This document shows positions 27,701 to 34,987 of a stretch of 43,603 nt of DNA, in pieces (position 1 is the stretch's first letter; each line of letters begins with the position of its first letter). The notes under the pieces were generated by a model, which worked only from the letters and a program-made list of their open reading frames with translations, was not told where the DNA came from and did not search any database. A program made the position numbers and the translations under genes. The DNA is from a virus. Lineage: Duplodnaviria; Caudoviricetes. The DNA is taken from positions 1 to 43,603 of the IMG/VR virus record IMGVR_UViG_3300031454_000012, one strand, 5' to 3'.

Positions 27701-28123
27701 CTGGTCTCCGGGAACATGCGGGCCACGTTCATGAAGATCCGGGGGCTGCTGCCCTGGTCTGAGCTGTACTACTCCCCGATGGACGCGCTGCAGCTGAACA
27801 AGGGTCGCTCCTACATTCCGCAGGGGATCACCCGCGCCCAGCACTTCGACCACCTCCACGCCGGGTACGCCGGCGGCGGTGAAGTCACCGACCCCCGCAT
27901 TCTCACCCCCACGTTGTACGACACGGGCGGGCCGTTGCCTCCTGGGGACACGTGGGTCCGCAACCGCACCGGTGGCACCGAGTGGGTCACCCCGAAGCGA
28001 CCCACCGAAAGGGGACCGCAGGTGGTGCAGCACATCACCTCGTTGGACCCTGACGTCGTCGCCCGCAAGGTCGTCGACCGGATGACTGACTCCCTCGCAC
28101 TGCTGGGGGCGGGCCCGGCGTGA
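24716..28123 (+). CDS. Tape measure protein with C-terminal M15-like peptidase motif
   Basis: FAAKTPFDL tape-measure domain, W/F-spaced repeats, SLHSLGRAVD...HFDHLH. Confidence 0.93.
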   Translation: MVALVGMAQVEVAPTFNRWDSKVRRGVTGPGVVAAGEASGNQVAEGFERSTSSRLRSVFSGIVRYGSTALLGIAAAAGTVGIRTAAGMETANISFTTMLGSAGKAKSFLSDLNDFAAKTPFDLPGLQQSAQSLVSIGIDADKVIPIMTTLGNVTAGMGTGAEGVQRATVAIQQMNAAGKISAEDLNQLRDAGIPVYELLAGATGKSVVQVAELARQGKLGREELDQLMTALESGKGLERFNGMMEAQSRSLSGLWSTLKDTFAVGMAEAIQPIIPTIKDGLGGAISLVSAMMPRVQAGLAWLVSQGPAMSGVFAATKVAAQGLYDLVVKGDYSGKLRSAFGWEEDNRSVDKILDIRDAAINLFAQFRGGNFSSVSTVFSALATSAGDAVRVLPALTPTLSMAGKLLGWMADNVDLVAKALPYLITAFVTYKGLQAANNVLGRQSVVGMGLQLATTLSLTASNFALAKSQKAVSTSTVQSNVATNAGFLARGRETAATVAGTVAKGAQAVVTKSLTVAQKALNLVLTNNPLGWVLKGIILLVGGFTLLYAKNEAFRGLVQRVWAGVKSAIGVVVNWFTGSAVPWMGRALTSIGNGAKGLWVSYVDPAFRSILAAGKSVFGWVLNTGVPWVTRAVTLIGTGVKTLWSVYWDVYLSKVLASGKSVFGWVRNTGLPWVKTAFNGIGSVISTTVNEAKKTLDSFRSGIGAVVTAFGDAKDGVGKIWGKITSVVAAPVISVIKFLNDKFIGGINSLLSKIPGVDLRLKLIPVPGMPVGLTSDSAGSRAGNGRGGRGAQFLGGGGMVRGPWAGPAADNVLGLTDTGIPIARVNPREWVHPVAAVNYYGPAFMRAIQQRAIPRNLLGMASGGRVGGSLADIGSALKSSAGFLGDILKNPVGYVKGKLSGILSGIGSSLAGTMAKGALGGVAGRLGSWVKDQLFGGSQGATGGTRLGIKGMPWQSIWGMIQAVAPEARMTSNYRAGAITSSGYKSLHSLGRAVDLVSGNMRATFMKIRGLLPWSELYYSPMDALQLNKGRSYIPQGITRAQHFDHLHAGYAGGGEVTDPRILTPTLYDTGGPLPPGDTWVRNRTGGTEWVTPKRPTERGPQVVQHITSLDPDVVARKVVDRMTDSLALLGAGPA

Positions 28124-29157
28124 GCAACTTCATCCACTACGGCGGCTACGGCATCCCCTACGGCGGCTACGGCATCCCCTACACGCCTCCCACACCGGCC
28201 GTGACAAGGTCGCAACGCATCACCACCGGCCACACCTGGATCGGCTGGGACGGCACAGTGTGGCCAATCTCGGACCCATCCTCGGGAGTGTTCCTCGTCA
28301 AGGGCGGCATGCGCGGCCTCGGAATGCCCACTCACACCCGCTTCACCGACGAGTCCCCGGCGCTCGCGGGTAGCCGGCACCGCGGTTCTCGGGTGTTGGA
28401 GCGGGACGTGTATTGGCCGCTGCACCTGTTTTCTGATGCTGGGTCCGCGGAGTGGGTGGAGCGAGATCGGGCGTTCTGGGCCTCGCTGCACCGCGACAAG
28501 CCGGGTGTGTGGCGCGTCAAGGTGGGCTCGTCGGTCCGTGAGCTGGCGTGCCGGTTGGTGGAGGCTGAGGACGTCTTCGCGCGGGACCCGGTCTGGTACG
28601 GCTGGAACACCTACGGGGTGCGCATGGTGGCGGTGGACCCGTTCTGGCGGGGCCCGTGGGTTGTGCGGCAGTTCGATAACACGGCGTCGACGAGTAACTT
28701 CTTCGGGCCGTCCGGCTTTGGTCCACCGTTCTTCATCTCCTCTTCGTCGCAGCTGTCCAAGGCGTCGATCGCCAACCCGGGAAACGAGCCGTCATACCTG
28801 GTGTATGTGCTGCACGGACCGTTCGATGAGGCGAAGGTGGGCATCGGGGATCCGGGTGCGATCACGGAGTACCTGTCACCGGTGCCGGCTGGCCAGTCTG
28901 TGGTGATCGACACGCGCCCAACGTCGTCTTCGACGGCCCGGCTGATCGCGACCCCGACGGCGGACCCGGAGTCGGACACCGCTACGTGGGAGGAGCAGGT
29001 GTTCACCGCCCCAGGGGCGTCGGCGTTCGCGGGCACGGGCCTCCTGGCGCTGAACAGTCCGTTGCAGCCTGGCCAGGAGCGGTCGCTGTCTCTGTCGATG
29101 GTCGGCGCGGGGTCGATGACCGTCGCGCACCGCCCACCGTTCAACAGAGCGTGGTGA
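28120..29157 (+). CDS. Distal tail (Dit-like) minor tail protein
   Basis: Directly after TMP; WIGWDG, DPFWRG, IANPGNEP. Confidence 0.8.
   Translation: MSNFIHYGGYGIPYGGYGIPYTPPTPAVTRSQRITTGHTWIGWDGTVWPISDPSSGVFLVKGGMRGLGMPTHTRFTDESPALAGSRHRGSRVLERDVYWPLHLFSDAGSAEWVERDRAFWASLHRDKPGVWRVKVGSSVRELACRLVEAEDVFARDPVWYGWNTYGVRMVAVDPFWRGPWVVRQFDNTASTSNFFGPSGFGPPFFISSSSQLSKASIANPGNEPSYLVYVLHGPFDEAKVGIGDPGAITEYLSPVPAGQSVVIDTRPTSSSTARLIATPTADPESDTATWEEQVFTAPGASAFAGTGLLALNSPLQPGQERSLSLSMVGAGSMTVAHRPPFNRAW
28137..28182 (+). repeat. 21-bp tandem repeat x2.2 (YGGYGIP)
   Basis: CTACGGCGGCTACGGCATCCC twice plus CTAC. Confidence 0.9.
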
Positions 29158-30383
29158 CGGCGATGTCGGTCAGCCCAGGCGAGCTGGACACGTGGGAGCA
29201 GGTCGGGAACCGGCACGGCCCGTGGTGGTTCCGGGTGTGCGACAAGGTCGGGACCCCGGTGGAGCTGGTGAAGGACCCGAGGTCGGTCAGCCTCACGTTG
29301 CGGCACGGGGCGACGGCGACGGGGTCGTTGACGTTGCCGGCGTCGCACGAGCGCACCAACGACTTGATGTCCGACGGGGCCCGGTTCTCTTTCACGTCGA
29401 CGCTGACCGGCGAGGTGCTGTCGACGGGCACGGTCCGCGGCGACCAGGGGCAGGCCCACCCGGACGGCACGGAGGGCGGCCGGGTCGGCACAGCCACCTG
29501 GTCACTGGTGGACGACCACGCGGTCCTGGCGGACTGGAACGCGGCCCCTGCTGCAGGCAAGACGTATGACGTGGTCCGTGGCCCCGCGGAGACCGTGGCC
29601 CGCACGTTGATCACGAGGGCGGCGACCCGGCTGGGGGTGTCGTTGTACTTTCCGGCGTCGCAGGGCCGCGGCGCCCAGGTCGTGGTGTCAGCCCGGTGGC
29701 AGCCACTGTCAGACCTGCTCTACCCGCTGATCACCACGGCCGGGATCGGCTTGCACGTCCGGTGGGACGCTGGCCAGGCCCGATATGAGGTGACCTGCTA
29801 TGAGCCGGCGGTCTGGCTGAAGAAGATCACCGCCCACTCGGGTGTGGTCGATGACTGGTCGTGGTCGAGGACCTACCCGGGCGCGACCCGAGTGGTCGTG
29901 CTCGGGCCACGGGAGGGTGCGGCCCGTCTGATCCGCCCGGTCATCGACGCCCCGCTGGAGTCAGCCCTGAACGCAGTCCGGGAGCTCGTCCTGGACGCGC
30001 GAGACGTCGACGACGTGGACCCGGCCGCGACTCCGGCCAGGGTTCTCGCGGACGTGCACGCTGACATGGACGCCCGCGGCCTGGCGAAGCTCGACGAGGG
30101 GGCCAGGACGGTGTCGTTGCAGGTGGCTTTGGCTGCGGTCCCAGAGATGGCGTACGGGCGGCCTGACGGGTTGCGGGTGGGCGACTTGCTGAAGACGCAA
30201 CTGGTGCCGTCGCGGCCGGTGGTGTTGGTGCCGTTGACGGCGGTGCAGTTGTCGTGGTCGACGGAGTCGGGGTTCACGGTGGTCCCGGAGGTGGGGCAGT
30301 GGCAGGACTCGGTGTTGTCCCCGCTGGTGCGTGCGGTCAGTGATCTCGCTGTGGGTTGGCGTCGACAGAAGGTGAGTGTGTGA
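29154..30383 (+). CDS. Minor tail protein (baseplate hub/Gp37-like)
   Basis: GPAETV, ATRVVVLGP.EG..R, YG..GL.VGD; position. Confidence 0.8.
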   Translation: MTAMSVSPGELDTWEQVGNRHGPWWFRVCDKVGTPVELVKDPRSVSLTLRHGATATGSLTLPASHERTNDLMSDGARFSFTSTLTGEVLSTGTVRGDQGQAHPDGTEGGRVGTATWSLVDDHAVLADWNAAPAAGKTYDVVRGPAETVARTLITRAATRLGVSLYFPASQGRGAQVVVSARWQPLSDLLYPLITTAGIGLHVRWDAGQARYEVTCYEPAVWLKKITAHSGVVDDWSWSRTYPGATRVVVLGPREGAARLIRPVIDAPLESALNAVRELVLDARDVDDVDPAATPARVLADVHADMDARGLAKLDEGARTVSLQVALAAVPEMAYGRPDGLRVGDLLKTQLVPSRPVVLVPLTAVQLSWSTESGFTVVPEVGQWQDSVLSPLVRAVSDLAVGWRRQKVSV

Positions 30384-31303
30384 TGGCTATCAGCTCGGTG
30401 GGTTACGACGGGTCGGTCGGCGAGCAGCAGTTGGCTGCCTGGACACAGACGTTGAGCTCGGTCCCGCACGTCGTGTCCGGGATGGGTGCCCGCACGATCG
30501 TGGGCACCGACAGGGGTGTGGGCATCGCTGCGGGTATGGCGGCAGGGTTCGGAGTGCGGGACACCTCCTCCACGGAGGTAATAGTGCAGTGCGGGTCGAC
30601 GACCTCGACCAGGTGGGACACGATCGTGCTGCGCCGAAACTGGTCGCTGACGGCGAACCTGAACGCCGTGCCCCCCACCCCGGGAGGTGTGTCCTCGATC
30701 GAGGTGGTGCCGGGCACGTCATCGAAGGTCATCACCGGCAACCTGCAGGCACAGCCGGGCGTGGTCGCCGACCAGCCGCTGTGGTTGGCGAAGGTCCAGT
30801 CAGGCTCCTCGGTCGTCACTGAGCTCGTGCCCGTGTGGGCCCGGTCCTCCCAGGTCGTGGACGTCCCGTCGCTGCTCGCGTTGCCGAACCCGCCGTTGGG
30901 CACCGTCGCCCAGGTCGGCGACACCATGTACTACCGGCGCCTGGACGCTTCCGGCACCCCAGCATGGGTCACGAACGACACCGGCCCGATGCCCGCCGGC
31001 GGGGCCGGCACAGGGTGGACGTTCCTGAACAGTCTGCGCCGCAAGGACGGGTGGGCGGTCCTCAAGGTTGACATGATCCGTGCCGGGTCCAACTTCTCTG
31101 CTACCGACATTTACCCGGTCGGTGGGGTACCGATCGACCCGTCCCTGCGACCTGGCGAGGCGTTCTATTACACCGTGCTGAACCAGGCCACCCGTCAGGG
31201 TTACCTGTTGGAGGTCCCCCCGTCCGGTGTGATCCGGATGGTCCAAGTGTCGGCGTCGACCAACGACCGGTTCCGGGGGACGTTCACGTGGCCAGTCGGA
31301 TGA
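30383..31303 (+). CDS. Minor tail protein
   Basis: ISSVGYDGSV, RWDTIVLRRNW, DQPL; position. Confidence 0.78.
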   Translation: MAISSVGYDGSVGEQQLAAWTQTLSSVPHVVSGMGARTIVGTDRGVGIAAGMAAGFGVRDTSSTEVIVQCGSTTSTRWDTIVLRRNWSLTANLNAVPPTPGGVSSIEVVPGTSSKVITGNLQAQPGVVADQPLWLAKVQSGSSVVTELVPVWARSSQVVDVPSLLALPNPPLGTVAQVGDTMYYRRLDASGTPAWVTNDTGPMPAGGAGTGWTFLNSLRRKDGWAVLKVDMIRAGSNFSATDIYPVGGVPIDPSLRPGEAFYYTVLNQATRQGYLLEVPPSGVIRMVQVSASTNDRFRGTFTWPVG

Positions 31304-31419
31304 CCGCACCGACCGTACCTGTGGCCGGCTCGGTTTGTCTCCTCGCCTTTCATGTCACCCCGGTCATCTGATGACCGTGCCTGACCGCGCACATCACATC
31401 GGCCGCAGAGGAGACAACC

Positions 31420-31845
31420 ATGCGTAACCTTCCTCTTCGTCGCATCGCAGCGGCGCTCATCATGGGGACCGTATTGGTGCTCATCGTGTACATAAACTGG
31501 CCTGATGCGCTCCGCATCATCGGGATAGGTTTGTTCGCCTTCGTGCTCGCCCAGGCCCTCGTCATTAACTGGGCCGTGCATGCTCTCCGGGGCTCGGTGG
31601 CCGCGCCACCGGCGATGCTGGCCTGGCACGTCCACGCCGTCACCCTCTACGCACTGGGTATGCACGGCACCATCGCACTCCTCTCGTTCGAGCGGATCGG
31701 GAACAACTCGTTGTCGTGGCTCTCCTTGATGCTGGTCTTTCTGGGGGTCGTAGGCAACGCGGCGATGTACCTGATCGGGCGGATCACGGCGGCGCGGCAG
31801 CGGGTGGCTAGGGACTTCGAGGGGCAGATCAACAATGGGGCTTGA
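31420..31845 (+). CDS. Multi-TM membrane protein (lysis-cassette associated)
   Basis: GAGGAG SD; about 4 hydrophobic helices. Confidence 0.75.
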   Translation: MRNLPLRRIAAALIMGTVLVLIVYINWPDALRIIGIGLFAFVLAQALVINWAVHALRGSVAAPPAMLAWHVHAVTLYALGMHGTIALLSFERIGNNSLSWLSLMLVFLGVVGNAAMYLIGRITAARQRVARDFEGQINNGA

Positions 31846-32335
31846 CGGGGCGCAGTGGGTCGCTATCGCCATCGCCTTCCTCACCTTTGGTGGTGGAGTG
31901 GCCACTGCCCGGATCACCGCGAAGCCTCAGGAGAAGGCTGCTGAGACCCACACGGCGGTGAGCCTGCTGGCCGCACAGGACGCCTTCTCGGACCGGCTCC
32001 AAGATGAGATGGAGAAGTTGACCCGACGTCATGAAGAGCGCATCAAGGATATCGAGGCCGACCACGCGCGGCGCGTCAGGGCGATGGACGAGGAGCACCA
32101 GTCGGACCGCCGCGCCTGGCAGCGGGAACGAGACGAACTGCCGCAACGGATCGTGAACCTCGAAGACCGGATCAAGCGGTTGGAGGTCGACCAGGACATC
32201 CTTGTGGAAGAGCTGGGCGTGCAAGACGCCTGGCAGAAGGGCGGCGCGAGCCCTCCCGCGCCGTCGATCGGGACCAAGGCGCTCGCGTTGCTACGCAAGC
32301 ACCGAGTCCAGCGGCAAGATATCAACGGCGACTAA
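31835..32335 (+). CDS. Single-TM coiled-coil protein (lysis-cassette associated)
   Basis: N-terminal TM, then a charged heptad region. Confidence 0.75.
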   Translation: MGLDGAQWVAIAIAFLTFGGGVATARITAKPQEKAAETHTAVSLLAAQDAFSDRLQDEMEKLTRRHEERIKDIEADHARRVRAMDEEHQSDRRAWQRERDELPQRIVNLEDRIKRLEVDQDILVEELGVQDAWQKGGASPPAPSIGTKALALLRKHRVQRQDINGD

Positions 32336-32525
32336 GCCGTGCCATGTCTGCCGGGGCGACGCGGTGCACTTGTGTCCGTGACGACGGTGGCGCGGGCCGG
32401 TGGTCGTGCCAGACCCGGACTGTGACGCGTACCTGATCCACCTACTTCACCCCGAGCCCGCCTGACTTACCCCTTGACCGCACCCCGGCGACCACCGGGG
32501 CCTGACCCGACCCCTTGGAGGTCTG

Positions 32526-33671
32526 ATGACGACTGCCGACGACGTGGTCACCCGTGTGCAGAAGGTCATCGACGCAGAAGTCGGTTACCTGTCCCGGCAC
32601 GACCCCAACCGTCCACCGGGCAGCGCACCCTCGCAGTGGTCCAAGTACGACCAGAACGGGTGGCACGGCTACTGGTGCGCCCGCGGCATCTCGACATGCG
32701 TCATGCAGGCCCTCGGGGCGCAGGCAGGCAACGCGGCCATCGGTCGCCAGCAGGGCATGATCGTCGGCTGGGCTGCGACGTGGCTATGGCGGGACTGGTT
32801 CCGAGCCACCCAGGACTACCCCGGGTTCGCCAACGCCAGCGGCGGCGACGTCCTGATGATGCGCTTCCCCAACCCATCCGGCAGCCGAGCCGCGAACCCC
32901 ACCAACCACGTCGAGTGGGTCGAGCGGGGGACCGACACCTACGTCGACACGGTCGGGTTCAACTCTCTGGCCCCCGGCGCTACAGGTTCAGCCACCGGTG
33001 GCGCGTCCGTATCCCGCCACCGACGCTACCTGTCTTCCGGGACCATCGTGGGTGTCTACCGGCCCGACTGGGCCGCCGCCGCAGTGATCCTCGGCAAGGC
33101 CGAACCGCTGCCCGCCCCGAAGCCACCAACCCCGTCGAAACCGACACCCCCCCTGCCTACGGGCGCTCAGGTGTCGATGCTCAACGCCCTCAGCTTCCCC
33201 GCCACCACGGCAGGCGTCAGGGCATACCAGCAGGCCGCCGGCCTCACCGCAGACGGCGTCATCGGACCCAAGACCATCACCGCACTGGAGGCAGACATGA
33301 AGTCTTTGGAAGACCTACACACCAAGGTTGACGCCCTGGCCGCCGCAGTAGACCGCATCGCTGCCGACAACCGTCCGGCCCCGATCGTGGTCCCACTGTC
33401 CGCGAAGGGACGGGAGGTCCTCGGCACCGAACTCACCAGCCTGCCCCTGCCGAAGGCGATCGAGCTGCTGCTGCGCTACGCCTACCAGACCGGCAACATG
33501 ATGCCGGTCGTCAAGTCCGACGTCAAGAACATCGCGTCCGGCATCCAGGCCGTCACCGGCCCCGATACGGCACAGGTCGAGCAGACCATCCGCGACGCCG
33601 CTGACGCCGCCTTCTCCCGCTACCAGGCCACCTTCACCCGCGTCGACCCCGCTGAGGAGAGCACCCCATGA
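32526..33671 (+). CDS. Endolysin: CHAP-like domain + peptidoglycan-binding domain + C-terminal domain
   Basis: YWCARGIS...NHVEWV...GFNS; VRAYQQAAGLTADGVIGPKT. Confidence 0.88.
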   Translation: MTTADDVVTRVQKVIDAEVGYLSRHDPNRPPGSAPSQWSKYDQNGWHGYWCARGISTCVMQALGAQAGNAAIGRQQGMIVGWAATWLWRDWFRATQDYPGFANASGGDVLMMRFPNPSGSRAANPTNHVEWVERGTDTYVDTVGFNSLAPGATGSATGGASVSRHRRYLSSGTIVGVYRPDWAAAAVILGKAEPLPAPKPPTPSKPTPPLPTGAQVSMLNALSFPATTAGVRAYQQAAGLTADGVIGPKTITALEADMKSLEDLHTKVDALAAAVDRIAADNRPAPIVVPLSAKGREVLGTELTSLPLPKAIELLLRYAYQTGNMMPVVKSDVKNIASGIQAVTGPDTAQVEQTIRDAADAAFSRYQATFTRVDPAEESTP

Positions 33672-34030
33672 GCACCCCCTACACGAAGCCCCGGCCCGTT
33701 CGGATCGCCGGTGCAGTCCTGGCTGCGTTGAGCATCATCGCCGGTGGCGTGACGTCCATCGCCGGCCTGCAGGACAACCCGACTCTCGCGGTGTGGGCCG
33801 GGTTGGTCACCCTGACTGTGGGTGCGCTGACCGCCACCCTCATTCCCGTCCTGGAGGGTCAGGTCACCCCGGCTGGTGACGTCGTGGCCTACCTGGACAC
33901 CGACCGCCAGGTCGTGCCCGGACCAGCACAGGCCGACCTCGTGGACGAGCCTGCCGCCCCCGCCAACCTCCACCCGGACGCCGAGTACGACGGCAAGCAC
34001 CGCCCCAACCCCCCCGGGTTGTCTCCATGA
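33668..34030 (+). CDS. Holin
   Basis: 2 TM helices, QVTP motif, follows endolysin with ATGA overlap. Confidence 0.8.
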   Translation: MSTPYTKPRPVRIAGAVLAALSIIAGGVTSIAGLQDNPTLAVWAGLVTLTVGALTATLIPVLEGQVTPAGDVVAYLDTDRQVVPGPAQADLVDEPAAPANLHPDAEYDGKHRPNPPGLSP

Positions 34031-34128
34031 GGCGCAAACTCTTCGCCGCGGCCTTCGCCGCACTGATCGGTGTGACCGCAGTGACCGCACCGGCTCACGC
34101 CAGTTTCGCGTGGGAGGACGAGGAGTGA
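34027..34128 (+). CDS. 33-aa secreted micropeptide precursor MRRKLFAAAFAALIGVTAVTAPAHA/SFAWEDEE
   Basis: ATGA overlap with holin stop, GTGA overlap with next start; tripartite signal peptide with AHA site. Confidence 0.65.
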   Translation: MRRKLFAAAFAALIGVTAVTAPAHASFAWEDEE

Positions 34129-34451
34129 GCCACGACGGCGGCCAGACGTGCCGGTGCATGGTGACGCACCGCCCGCACCCGCTCGAGCTTCACCGGCATC
34201 ATGTGCTGCCGCTCTATCTCGGCGGGTCGGACACTGAGGACAACATCGTCTGGATCTGCCCAACCGGACACTCGGGGATTCACGAGCTGCTGCGGCACAT
34301 GGTCAAGGCCGACCGGCCCCTGACCGACCACGAGCTGCGAGCGATGTACGACGTGCCCGTGTCCGAGTACGCCGCGCAGGTAGCTCGGGCCGGTTTCACC
34401 GCTTACGCCGCAGGACGCGGCACCACCACTACACAAGGAGAGCTGACATGA
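34125..34451 (+). CDS. HNH endonuclease-like protein
   Basis: HHVLPLYLGGSDTEDNIVWICPTGHSGIH. Confidence 0.75.
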   Translation: MSHDGGQTCRCMVTHRPHPLELHRHHVLPLYLGGSDTEDNIVWICPTGHSGIHELLRHMVKADRPLTDHELRAMYDVPVSEYAAQVARAGFTAYAAGRGTTTTQGELT

Positions 34452-34948
34452 GCGAAGACCAGGGCACCATCACGAGCGTCGTCGTTGCCGATCTGCGCGG
34501 CCCTGACGGCGAGGTCAAGGCACGGTGCGAGACGTCCAATCTCGTCACCGCGGTCGGTGACCAGTTCTACGCGGGTCGCGCCGCACTGTCCACGGGCCTG
34601 CCCGCTGCCGTGACTGGGATGAAGCTCGGTGCGTCGTCCACCGCGACTGCGAAGACTGGTGCGGGCGCGGCGTTGGTCACCTACCTCGCGGGCAGCAACA
34701 AGGCCCTCGACTCGGGGTTCCCGACCGCTGCGGGTGGTGTCGTGACGTGGAAGCGGACCTACGCCGCGGGTGAGGCGACCACCGCGTCAGCGATCCAGGA
34801 GGCTGTCCTGGTCACCACGGCGATCGCCACGGACGCCACGTCGACCGCGGCTGACACCATCGCCAGGGTGCTGTTGACCGGCATCGCTAGCAAGGGTGCT
34901 GGTGACTCGTTGACCATCACGTGGACTCACACCGTCGCCGGAGCGTGA
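34448..34948 (+). CDS. Virion structural-like protein (fibre/collar type)
   Basis: AAGGAG SD; NLVT..G, AGEAT..IQEA.L, ARV...K..GDSLTITW; T/A/G-rich. Confidence 0.65.
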   Translation: MSEDQGTITSVVVADLRGPDGEVKARCETSNLVTAVGDQFYAGRAALSTGLPAAVTGMKLGASSTATAKTGAGAALVTYLAGSNKALDSGFPTAAGGVVTWKRTYAAGEATTASAIQEAVLVTTAIATDATSTAADTIARVLLTGIASKGAGDSLTITWTHTVAGA

Positions 34949-34987
34949 CCCTGACCGTCTGACCGATCCGGGAAGGGTGGTGGTGTT

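Noticed and set aside
32336-32465. Possible small CTC...DPDC..H gene before the endolysin
   Set aside because: Motifs fall in different frames, so at best a frameshifted remnant; too short to support
34926-34950. TGACC repeats in intergenic gaps as operator sites
   Set aside because: TGAC(C) is common at and after stop codons in high-GC DNA; no consistent spacing
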